A model generated the notes under the pieces. It ran no database searches, was not told where the DNA came from, and was given only the letters and a program-made list of their open reading frames with translations. Below are positions 26,637 through 38,279 of a stretch of DNA of 64,000 nucleotides, piece by piece. A program made the position numbers and the translations under genes. The stretch's first letter is position 1, and each line of letters starts with the position of its first letter. Origin of the DNA: Octopus bimaculoides (lineage: Eukaryota); NCBI RefSeq assembly GCF_001194135.2, contig NC_068995.1:19696812-19760811 (forward strand). The letters are read 5' to 3'.

Positions 26637-26700
26637 ATACAGAAAGAAAGGGAGAATGAAGACAGAGAGAAACGGGAAAATGTGATATATTACTATTTAC

Positions 26701-26780
26701 GTAGATTTCTTCTGCAACACATCCAGTAGAGGAAATGTGTGAAATTTAGACTTCGGAGAGTCATTTGTCCAAGTGTGTTA
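26701..26780 (-). other. Candidate 80-nt exon
   Basis: Strong acceptor aatttgcttttcag|, weaker donor |gtaaat. One open frame, NTLGQMTLRSLNFTHFLYWMCCRRNL. Confidence 0.2.
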
Positions 26781-28413
26781 CTGAAAAGCAAATTATTGCC
26801 GTCAAATCTCAGGAATTAGTTTCGGAAATGTTCTAGTCAGCATACATTCAGCAGATGGTTCTGTATTATGATGAACGTCAAACACATATGGAAAATATTT
26901 AATACAGCGTATCATTGCAATGTTCCTAGCACTGAGGCATTTGTATGAATGACAAAATAACTTAAACGTCTGTATGTGTGTCCGTGAGCTTGTGTATGCG
27001 TATTGTGAGAAGCAGAGAGTAAGAGAGAGAGAGAGAGAGAGAGAAGGACAGGAAAAAGAAAGATACATGAACCTATGTACACACACACATATGTATATAT
27101 ATACATATATATGCATACCTACAAATACATACACACACGCACATACACACATACACAGACACACACACAAACACATTCACATACTCACACTCATGCAAAT
27201 ACACACNNNNNNNNNNNNNNNNNNNNNNNNNNNNNNNNNNNNNNNNNNNNNNNNNNNNNNNNNNNNNNNNNNNNNNNNNNNNNNNNNNNNNNNNNNNNNN
27301 NNNNNNNNNNNNNNNNNNNNNNNNNNNNNNNNNNNNNNNNNNNNNNNNNNNNNNNNNNNNNNNNNNNNNNNNNNNNNNNNNNNNNNNNNNNGTGGGGGGG
27401 GTATGCATTTATGTATGTATGTATGTATGTATACACTCATATATATACATATATATGCATACCTACAAATACATACACACACGCACATACACACATACAC
27501 AGACACACACACAAACACATTCACATACTCACACTCATGCAAATACACACTTCTATATAAATTAAAAAAGTAAACGGAACATCGTCGATTTCGACGATGA
27601 CTATCCAGTGGTTCGTTTTATTTAAATATCTGCTCATCATATAAGCGTCTAAATCATATGAATATTCAACAAACCGATGTGTGCTCGAGATTATTTCAAT
27701 CAGAATGTAATACAAGAATGCAATACAAGATGTCACAAGAATGGACTTCAGAGTTACTATTCTAACCCATCAGATGGGTTGTCGAGTCTCCAATTTTAAG
27801 CAGAAAAACGGCGTCGTTCGAAAAGTTTGGCAAAATTTATTTGCCCAAGATGATACACAGTAGAATCGAAGTAGTAGACTCAATGAATCTGAAGTAATCT
27901 TTTAAACCCTTTGGCCACGATGCGTCCATGTGAGTAAGTTAATTTGTCTACTTGTGTATATGTGTACGAGAGTCTCTGTTTAAGAATATACGTGTGTGAG
28001 AGTGTGTGTGTGTGTGAAAAAGAGAGTGTGTGTATTCGTGTTTGTGCGCGCACGTGTGTGAGTGTTTGTGTGTGTATGTGTGTGCGTGTGAGTTTGTGTG
28101 CTTGTGTGTGTTTGTGCTTCTTGCATACTTGTTTGTTCACATGTGTATGCATACAGCAACTAACACGTTACTGCTATAATTTACGAACATGCCCTGCGTG
28201 TGCTTATATATGTTAGTGAATTTATGAGTGTGCGTGTCTGAGTGCGCGCGCTTTTCTATCTGCGGATGCTGGTTTATTTTCGTAGTATCTATTCTTTTAT
28301 GACGATAGAATTCAAACATCAAGCATTGAACTATTTGGGCTTTTCTTACATTCACACAGACACGCGCACACACGCGCACACACACACACACACACGCACA
28401 CACACACACACAC

Positions 28414-28444
<31 letters not shown>

Positions 28445-28649
28445 TATGTATATGTATGTATACATATATATTGTCAGATGTATTTATCACTATATCATTG
28501 TACAGACAAGACAAATCGGCTATTATCATTAGACTGCTGGTCACAATGTATTTCACTGCAATGTTCTGGCCTTTTGAATGGGACAAAGCTACTGTCTATA
28601 CAGGAAGGCCAGCTACCCACCCTTAAAGGAATGCCAGTGATCGCAGGGC

Positions 28650-28795
28650 TATCCATTGACAACTGAGTGGACTTGGCTACCGTGAAAGGAAACGTTCTGC
28701 TCAAGAACACAGCGCGTCGCCGGTCTGGTCTACGAAACCACGATATTGTGATTGTGAGTTCAACATCCTGACCCTTAGGTCATGTACCTTCTCAC
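28650..28795 (-). mobile_element. Degenerate SINE family B head
   Basis: CTTGCTCAAG.ACACA.CGCG.CGCC..CGAAACCACGA..TGTGAGT.CAACA.CCT.ACC..TAGG, similar to 49210-49313. Confidence 0.55.
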
Positions 28796-29783
28796 ACCCA
28801 CACACACAGTTTTACTTAAATTCCTATGTACATGGATAGGGACGATGGCTTCTGCCTTAAAAGTTACCTTCGTGTAAATAGGCAACAGCCATAACAGCTT
28901 GTTTTCTAACTTAGTGTATATGAATGTATATTTTTCAGTGTATCTTCCCTTTTAAGATACGAGTATTTAATTTTAGAGAATCTTGACTACTCCATCTAAC
29001 AGATCTAACGACTGCACAGAGGTTCATGCGATGACCTAATGCATTATATGAAACCACGTTCTTACCATGAAAATTGCTCCTCTGAATAAGCTGGCTTCAG
29101 ACAAACAACGCCCAATTTCCCTCAACAACCGCCTTCCTCACCCTTTCGTTACTATATTTTATATCTTGATGTTATTTTAAATATTGTTGTGCAATACTGT
29201 TTCTGGAGCTCATAAATGCAGCATTTCATTCCTAGTTAAGATGTAAAAAAAACATTATTAGAACTAAAACTAAATTTAATATGATATTGTGATTAAGTCA
29301 ACTGGGCGATTTGTGACGGGATAAACTGCATGCAATGCGTAGTAACTCTTTATATGTCATCGACGCTGAAACTTTTCAGTCTAGCTTTTCGAAATATTAA
29401 TTTCGTTAATAATTTTGTAATTTCACTGTCACTGACATGTGTATGCGTAGTTTAGTTTCAGGTGAATGTTTATGAATAAGATTTTTATAACATAATGTTA
29501 AAAGAAAATCTGTTTTTCAAATTCATCACATGTCACGTAAAACCTGGAGGTGTGTTTCCTGACAAATATGTCATTAGTTGGGCATAAATATCCAAGATCT
29601 GTCCAGCAACACAATTTTGACCTTGAGGAAGCTCAAATCACTTTGAGTGAGCTTTTATCAAACGGAAAGTCAAATCAAATATCGTGTTAGAGAATTGATT
29701 AGACTCTTATTATATCACTACTGGTAATGTTGACGGCAGCAAAATGATAAGTGCTATTTGTTCCTGACCTAATACGAGCTTAC

Positions 29784-29795
29784 TGGCGTGAAGAA
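29784..29795 (-). other. Candidate 12-nt microexon TTCTTCACGCCA
   Basis: Acceptor ggatactttcatgtttttcag| and donor |gtaagc lie 12 nt apart; the length preserves frame. Confidence 0.35.
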
Positions 29796-30149
29796 CTGAA
29801 AAACATGAAAGTATCCTTGCACTGAAACTGTAGTGATTTTATAATGCCTCTCAAACTAATTAATTGGAAACTGCAAGATGTTTCGAGGTCAATGAAACTG
29901 CTTACTGCTATAATTGTTGTCTGAAGATGACGGATAAAAGCATTACAGCATAAAAGAAGCAACACGACAGCCACATCCGAACTTCAATACATATACTAAC
30001 ATATCTACTATCACATTTCACTTCATCAGGTCTTGCATCCTCATCCAACAGCACGCACAAACATAGCAGTTCTTACATTCGTACGCGCGCGCACACCCCA
30101 TACGACACAGAAAGGCTCACATACATACAAATATACAAAAAAACTTTAT

Positions 30150-30298
30150 GTTGTGAGTTCAAATTCCGCATAGGTCTACTTAGCCTTTCGTCCTTCGGGC
30201 TCGATAAATTAAGTACTAGTTCCGTAACTGGGGTCGATCTAATCGACTGGTCCCCTCCCCCAAAATTTCGGGCCTTGGTCCTAGAGTAGAAAAAAAAT
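30150..30298 (+). mobile_element. Family A SINE, 3' half
   Basis: GAGTTCAAATTCCG..CTCGATAAATTAAGTACTAGTT..GGGGTCGATCTAATCGACTGGTCCCCTCCCCCAAAATTTCGGGCCTTG. Confidence 0.8.
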
Positions 30299-30540
30299 AT
30301 TAAACCAATAATTAAGAAACAATAAAATAGAAGTCCAAAATCATGAACAGATCTTCCTACTAACAATTAAATCATTAGAGACCAAAAAGTTAATAATAGT
30401 CACAATCATTGTGCATTTTTTAAAAAAGAAACACTGAAAATATGACGATTTCATAAAGCACACTCACAGACGCACACTCTCTCTCTTTCTTTTTCTCTCT
30501 TTCTCACACACACATGCATGCACACATGCGCGCACACATT

Positions 30541-30773
30541 AGGCGGCGAGCTGGCAGAAACGTTAGCACGCCGGGCGAAGTGCTCAGCGGTATTTCGTCT
30601 GCCCGCTACGTTCTGAGTTCAAATTCCGCCGAGGTTGACTTTGCCTTTCATCCTTTCGGGGTCGATTAAATAAGTACCAGTTACGCACTGGGGTCGATAT
30701 AATCGATTTAATCCGTTTGTCTGTCCTTGTTTGTCCCCTCTGTGTATAGCCCTTTGTGGGTAGTAAAGAAATA
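30541..30773 (+). mobile_element. Best-preserved family A SINE (A' tail)
   Basis: A-box-like TGGCAGAAACGTTAG, B-box GTTCAAATTCC, tail TAGCCCTTTGTGGGTAGTAAAGAAATA. Confidence 0.9.
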
Positions 30774-32007
30774 ACACATACATGCACACACACACACACA
30801 CATACACACACACATGCACATATAAATACATGTGGCCTATGTATGAGTGGTGGCGTATATGCTTGGATACATATTTATTCTTCAAAGTCGAGAGCTCATA
30901 TCTTCGTGTGTGACTTGTGAATATTTCCAACTATTCACACACATATATAAATCTGTGTGCGTTGGCATTATTCAGTATAACTAAATATATACCATATGTG
31001 TCTGTATCTTTATGTGCGTAAAATAGCGTGTGTATGTATGTATGTATGTATGTATGTATCTAGTCAGACCACTGGAAAAATCTTCAAGTATAAGGTTGTC
31101 AGAGCTACAAAGCCGTGAGGCGGGATGTTGCCATCGTTGAAAAGTTTAGGTATTCGTAATATCAACTGAAGCACAGGAAATTGACTAAACATTCCGATCG
31201 CCTTCAAGGGATGAGACACTGTCCACAGATATAACAGGTCTATACATTTATAATAAGTGAGAGGAGGGAGAAATAAATGCTTGCTCAGAAACTTTAAAAT
31301 AGACGTTTAAAGTTGCCACTGGCTGAACATTATCAGACGAAAAATAATTACTTCATCCACAATGATTGATTGACATTCCAATATTTGGTACTTTGACTGA
31401 TTAGGATTAGAACATTTATAAAAATTACTAATTTCCTATAGACGCCTTGAAGATAATAAATTAAATCTACGATAATATATATTGGATATTGGAAAAAATG
31501 AAAATTTCAGATTCATGAATTTGTTTCTCGGGGGATCGGCATGAAACGACAGTAAAAGATGCAGCGGAAGAACAATTTCAAAAATTTGGCAATAGTGACC
31601 AGACATTTGTATTATATGTGAGTAGAAGACAAGGCGACAATAAACTGACTGCTTACTTTAAAATGTAACATATAGACATAAAATACTACGTGTTAGTGTG
31701 TATGATTTTGTAGACATACATACACACAAGATCATATATATATATATATATATACATACATACACATAATCTATCAATCAATATATATGTACGTCTGTGT
31801 GTTTGTGTATGTGTGTGCGTATACACATATATAAATATGCAAATACGATTTATATATGTTACATTATATTATATTATTACATAGGTGAGTACAGTCAAAC
31901 TTAAAATGTTCGTGTATACTTGGAGATAGAAAGACATACACCGCAGAAACTGTCTCGAGAGAAAAAAAAATTAATTTTTGACATTTTGTGTAGCAAGAAA
32001 TACTCAC

Positions 32008-32171
32008 CATCTTGTTATGAATGATATCACTGGACAGCAAGATATGCGTTTCTGAGTCATTGTGCATCATCAGCACCGGATACCAAGTCTTTTTTCTGAG
32101 CCACCAGGAACTTGTTCGTATATTAGAACAGTAAATGGTACATTCAATGATGTGAGAAATGCTTAGACAAG
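32008..32171 (-). other. Candidate 164-nt exon (5' UTR/start or coding)
   Basis: Acceptor gaattaatttcag| and consensus donor AAGATG|gtgagta. One fully open frame (CLSISHIIECTIYCSNIRTSSWWLRKKTWYPVLMMHNDSETHILLSSDIIHNKM) plus an internal ATG at 32060 in another frame. Confidence 0.4.
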
Positions 32172-32464
32172 CTGAAATTAATTCATTAATCAGAGCCGCA
32201 TTAAGAAGTGTTAGATGAAATAATTCAGAGTGGCCAGTGTCCTAACGACTAGATGCATATAAAGAACTATACAAGTAAAGCACACTTGGTTTGTTGAAAA
32301 AAAATCTCTGCTTCCATAGAAGTTTAAAAGTGATCCGGTTGCAAATGGAATCAACTCCAAATGAGTAAATTACAAAATCTCAAACATCAAGGTTTGCTGA
32401 AAATTAGGTTAGTATACTATTAATATATAGTTCGAATTTACAACAAAACAAAATACGAAGACAA

Positions 32465-32580
32465 TTATAGGAACAACAAGCAGGTGTATTATTAGTTTGA
32501 TGCTCGGGCAGAATGGAAAAAAAATCTTTTATGTTTCGAGCCTACACGCTTCAAGAGAACGGATTAAGATGAAAAATAAT
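32465..32580 (-). mobile_element. Degenerate copy of the hammerhead-like/PLE-tail repeat
   Basis: Minus strand CTCTTGAAGCGTGTAGGCTCGAAACATAAAAGA..TTCCATT..CCCGAGC.T.AAACTAATA parallels 58944-59010. Confidence 0.55.
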
Positions 32581-32929
32581 GGAGAGAGAACGAATAAAAA
32601 GAAAGGGGAGAAGAAAATATGGGTAAGGATTTACGGTTGAACACGATTAACGGTTCTACAAATAAGGGTATTAATATACCCTTATTCGTTTTTATTGGTG
32701 TCATTGTTGTCCTGTGTACGAGTATTTGTGAGCGTGCGTGTGTGTGTAAACTTAAACTAATGCCTTTTCTGCCCAGTTTAGTTTTCAAGCTGTAAGACTT
32801 TCAATCTTTTTAAATCGCAAGCTGGTTATATATACAGATTCGTTAATTATTTTATTTTCAACAATGCTCTAATTAGTTATTCAGCTGAGGTCGACAGTAC
32901 CCTATTTCGACTGACATCATCACTGATAT

Positions 32930-33052
32930 CGATTTAAAATTTTGACACAAGGCTGGTAATTCCATGGTACTTATTTCATCGACCCCGAAATAATAAAACC
33001 AAAGTCTACCTCAACGGAATTTGATCTCAAAACGCAAGGGCGGACAAAATTC
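32930..33052 (-). mobile_element. Family A SINE, internally deleted
   Basis: AAATTTTGACACAAGGC..GGTACTTATTTCATCGACCCCGAAA..CGGAATTTGA.CTCA.AACG. Confidence 0.7.
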
Positions 33053-33639
33053 GACATCATATGTTTTCTGATAACTGAGAGAACGTAGACAATTTAAAAG
33101 GGGACCTGCGAATTAAGAGTCATTGTCTAGTTGTTCACTTATACAGATATACCTATTACTTTCAGGTCTAACAAAAGCAAATCATTTCCGTTGCTCCCGT
33201 TTTTCCTGCTAAGAAACCGCAGATGGTTTTACTAACTACATATAATCATTAAATTTTCCGAGTAATTACTTCTTTATTTCTTGAAATTATCCCAGCAACT
33301 GTGAGATATTATCCAACAATTGCTAATTGCATTGGGCTAGTTTTCTTTTCCAAATTAAAAGACAAATTATAATTCGTTCAGAAATGTTTTGCTTACCTAA
33401 AATCAACGTCTGATGAATTATCTAATCTAGTTACTAATCAAGTCGAGAGATTCCCTCGGCACATTTGGTCTATTTATTTATCTCCTTGTCTCCGTCTCCA
33501 TCTCTCTCACTTTCCCTATCTCTCTCGTTCTCTCTCTCTATCAATATACTTTCTACCTCTATGTGCGTGTACATATATATGTGCGTGTGAGTGTCTGTGC
33601 CTGTGTATGCATACATATATATATAAATATATATAAAAC

Positions 33640-34208
33640 ATTTAGATTCAAGGTGAATATGGTACTTAAGTTTAAGCACCAGAATTAAGTATGGTATTAT
33701 CCATACAATTTCAAAACAATGTGATTAAAATCAAAATAATCAACAAGGATATCTAAAGTTAATGCAGTACGATCGTTTCATGCGACTCTATTCATTTAAG
33801 CAGTGTGAACATTGCATCAAATGTAAAATGCAGAGCAATCCTCAGCTGCACAAAGTTATAGAAATTTACTGAAATTACATTTGAATAGAAGGACATATTT
33901 TTATAACTACATTTAAACTCTCCAAGTACAAGTAGAAATGAAAAATACAAAAAAAAGGCTAGCCTGTATGGTCTAGCTAAGTCAAAATGTTTTTTTTTTA
34001 ATATTCTTCCTTTCTACTTGGAGATTTTATATTTAATTATAAAAATATGTCCTGTTTAAATGTAATTTTATTAAATTTCTATATCTTTGTGCAGCTGAGG
34101 ATTGTTCTGCATTTTATATTTGATGTAATGTTCACATTGCTTAAAGAAATGGAGTCGCATGGAACGATCGTACTGCACCAAATTTGGATATCCTTGTTGC
34201 TTATTTTG

Positions 34209-34211
<3 letters not shown>
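33640..34211. repeat. Long imperfect palindrome / foldback MITE-like element
   Basis: 33729-33960 aligns to the reverse complement of 33985-34211. The left arm recurs at 59167-59377. Confidence 0.8.
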
Positions 34212-34288
<77 letters not shown>

Positions 34289-34360
34289 GATAGATAGATA
34301 GTTAGATACACGCATACATACATACATACATATATATTTATACACGAATACACACATATA

Positions 34361-35615
34361 CAGAGGTTGGACAAAATAATAGAAACACCTAGCATCATAG
34401 TATTATAATTTTGAAATATCTATAAAACCGTCAAAAGCTTGTTTATTTTTCTGTTTTTTTAAATTTATTATTAGTGTTGCTTAATATGTTTTGCTAAAAT
34501 TGCTCTTTGTTTTCAGATATCACCAGAAAAAGGGAATTAAAATTCATTAAAATGACAGATCTATCTAACTTTCAAAGAGGTCAAATTGTTAGTGCTCCTA
34601 TGGCAGGCGCTAGCGTAACGAAAACAGCCGAAATGCTTCGTGTATCAAGAAGTACTGTCTTGAAAGTAATGACAGCTTTTGAGAAAGAGGGAACAATCTC
34701 CTCATTGAAACAAAACTCCGGAAGAAAAGCTAAACTTTCAAATGGGGACTGTCGGGCTCTTACGCGAATTGTTGCACAGGATCACAAAAGTACAGCTACC
34801 AAAATTACTGTAGAGGTTAATGACCACCTCGAGAACCCAGTTTCCACAAAAACTGTTCGCCAGAGCTGTATAAAGCCGGATTTCACAGGAGGGCTGTAAT
34901 CAGAAAACCACTACTTTAAAAAAAAATGCTGCAAACCATTTAGAGTGGAGTAAAAGCCTACAGAATTGGTCCCTAAGGTAGTGGAAGATTGTTATTAGCT
35001 CGGACGGGTCATCCTTTACCTTATTTACGACCACAGACCGAGTATACGTGTGGAGACAGCCTAAAGAAGCATTTGACCCAGACTGCATTCTTCCAACTGT
35101 TAAACATGGAAGAGGATCTGTGATGATCGGGGTGGGGGGCTATATCTTGGAAATTCGCCGGCCCAATGGTTTTCCTTCATGGCAGAATTAATAGTCAAGA
35201 CTATTTAAGCATTTTATCTGGTCAAATTCCTCCTATGGTTGTGGAATTGCTTCCGAATGGAAACGCAATCTTTCAGGACGATAATGCACCAATTCACACA
35301 GCTAAATGGCACAAGGAACATTCTATTGAAGTTGAACATCTTATCTGGCTACTACAGTCCCCAGATCTCAATATTATTGAACATTTACGGTGCATTTTAG
35401 AAAAACGTGTAAGGAGTCGATATCGTCCACCATTATCACTACAAAAACTGGAGACTGTTTTAGCTGAAGAATGGACAAACATTCCTTTAGAAACAATTCA
35501 GAGTTGGTACGAGTCCATACCTCGTGGAATTCAAGCTGTAATGGCGGTCCTACCCCATATCAAAATTAATTTGTTTGAAATTTTAAACTATTTCCATTAT
35601 TTTGTCCAACCTCTG
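34361..35615 (+). mobile_element. Full-length inactive Tc1-family transposon (1255 bp)
   Basis: 25-bp TIRs CAGAGGTTGGACAAAATAAT(A/G)GAAA with 1 mismatch, TA on both sides. Transposase from ATG 34552: MTDLSNFQRGQIV..SGRK.KL, SDGSSF, FQDDNAPIH, SPDLNIIEHL, GGPTPY. Contains frameshifts and stops. Confidence 0.95.
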
Positions 35616-36395
35616 TATATAGTAACAATATATCCCTATGAAGATTTACCGTGTTAAGGTTAGGGTAAAAATTACAGTCCTTAAAATGTTAGATATATGC
35701 ATGTATGTTTTCATTATTTATAATTTTCCATCATTAGACAGCGGATATGCAGGGCAACAATCCTCAAGTATTTTAGTCAATAACTACTCATGATAGAGTT
35801 TGGTATTTGTAGCTACATTAACCCCTATTTGCTGAGTCTTTAATTTACGTGACATAAAAAAATAGCCTTAGTCGTTGCATACACTAACATATAAATATAA
35901 TCATATACCGGCTTCAAAAACACATAGTAGTAGGTACGAGCCCTTAGCTGAATGTTGCTCCGAAGAGAACCTCTAAACCGAACTTAGATATACCTTTCTC
36001 TGTCTGTCTCTCTTTCTCTCTACCCCTCTTTCCGTCTCCCTATCTCTGACTGTCTGTCTGCCTTTAACTATCTATCTATATATATGTATATATATGTAAA
36101 ACTATGATATCACATTTTTTCTCTTTTCCACGATCTCTTTTTTTTTCTACCTATCACCCTGTTCAATCCTGTCTGTATATATATATATATATNNNNNNNN
36201 NNNNNNNNNNNNNNNNNNNNNNNNNNNNNNNNNNNNNNNNNNNNNNNNNNNNNNNNNNNNNNNNNNNNNNNNNNNNNNNNNNNNNNNNTATAGATATATA
36301 TATATGTATATATATGTAAAACTATGATATCACATTTTTTCTCTTTTCCACGATCTCTTTTTTTTTCTACCTATCACCCTGTTCAATCCTGTCTG

Positions 36396-36428
<33 letters not shown>

Positions 36429-37446
36429 ATGTGTGTGTGTGCGTATTTCTGAGGATTGATAAGTAATTTCTGCAAGTCGATGGATATATACGTGTGTATG
36501 TAGGTGTGTCTAATACTAATATGTACCTCTGTGTGTGAGTGTGCGTGTATGTGTGTGCGTATATGTGTGTATATGTGCCTATCCGTGTCAACATTTCTTT
36601 ATATTTTCTTTTTTGTAATTCTACATTGTTTTTTGCGTGTGTGTATATGTATACATTTTTCTTATGTATAGGATTTTTACATACATACATACATATATAC
36701 ATACATACATACATATATACATACATACATACATACATACATACATACAAGTAACAGGAAATAAAAGAACAAATATTATATATGACTATACGTATAGTAT
36801 ATTAAACATGTATATAACTACGTATATATGTTTGAAGATATATATATNNNNNNNNNNNNNNNNNNNNNNNNNNNNNNNNNNNNNNNNNNNNNNNNNNNNN
36901 NNNNNNNNNNNNNNNNNNNNNNNNNNNNNNNNNNNNNNNNNNNNNNNNNNNNNNNNNNNNNNNNNNNNNNNNNNNNNNNNNNNNNNNNNNNNNNNNNNNN
37001 NNNNNNNNNNNNNNNNNNNNNNNNNNNNNNNNNNNNNNNNNNNNNNNNNNNNNNNNNNNNNNNNNNNNNNNNNNNNNNNNNNNNNNNNNNNNNNNNNNNN
37101 NNNNNNNNNNNNNNNNNNNNNNNNNNNNNNNNNNNNNNNNNNNNNNNNNNNNNNNNNNNNNNNNNNNNNNNNNNNNNNNNNNNNNNNNNNNNNNNNNNNN
37201 NNNNNNNNNNNNNNNNNNNNNNNNNNNNNNNNNNNNNNNNNNNNNNNNNNNNNNNNNNNNNNNNNNNNNNNNNNNNNNNNNNNNNNNNNNNNNNNNNNNN
37301 NNNNNNNNNNNNNNNNNNNNNNNNNNNNNNNNNNNNNNNNNNNNNNNNNNNNNNNNNNNNNNNNNNNNNNNNNNNNNNNNNNNNNNNNNNNNNNNNNNNN
37401 NNNNNNNNNNNNNNNNNNNNNNNNNNNNNNNNNNNNNNNNNNNNNN

Positions 37447-37526
<80 letters not shown>

Positions 37527-38248
37527 ATCTTCTAAAAATGCAAATCTTTATCACCATCAACATCACACCAGCAACACAAGCAACACACATCCACACTCTT
37601 AACACGAACACTAATAGTTAATAGCAACACAATGAATCACCATCATCATCATCATCATCATCATCATCATTATCATCATCATTACAGCAACAACAACAAC
37701 AACAAAATATCTCTAACGATGTGATAAATCATTACACTTATTAGAAACATAGCCACGCAACAGAAATCGAGAAGAACAGTGCAACAGATACGAATACAAC
37801 ACCACGTGACCGCCACAAGTACAACAATAACAACAATAACATCAGTAACAACAACACCGATACAACCAAGGTCAGTACCATGTTAGCAACATGAGAAAGG
37901 TTATCATCAACATCATTAGGGCAACAAACTCAAATTGATTACCTCTTCCGATTACAAGAACCCGAACACTAACTTGTCATTAACATAACAACATCACTTG
38001 TTAGAAACAGCTGCAAATTTAAGAAAACTCACTCTTCGGGTTCTTGAGAGTGAAGTTGACTGACGACTATCTAATCCTAGAAACACTGACCGAGAGCTGG
38101 GCACGGTTACAACGACTTTGGTCTGAGTCCTGCTGAGCCAGTGATGACTTTGATTTAACCAATAACCGCAACATAACAACAACAACAACAGCAACAACAA
38201 CAACAACAAAAACAACAATAAGAATAACAATAATAATAATAATAATAA

Positions 38249-38279
<31 letters not shown>

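Noticed and set aside
27090-27550. About 115-bp direct duplication around a gap
   Set aside because: Same assembly-overlap pattern; also seen at 44330-44500.
30541-30640. tRNA-like A/B boxes that could be called tRNA genes
   Set aside because: No cloverleaf; they are the heads of multicopy SINEs with TSDs.
31511-31617. Plus-strand segment with acceptor tttcag and donor gtgagt (GDRHETTVKDAAEEQFQKFGNSDQTFVLY)
   Set aside because: All three frames contain a stop between the splice sites; no support as a coding exon.
36077-36412. About 115-bp direct duplication on either side of a gap
   Set aside because: Identical copies flank an N-run; most likely unmerged contig overlap.
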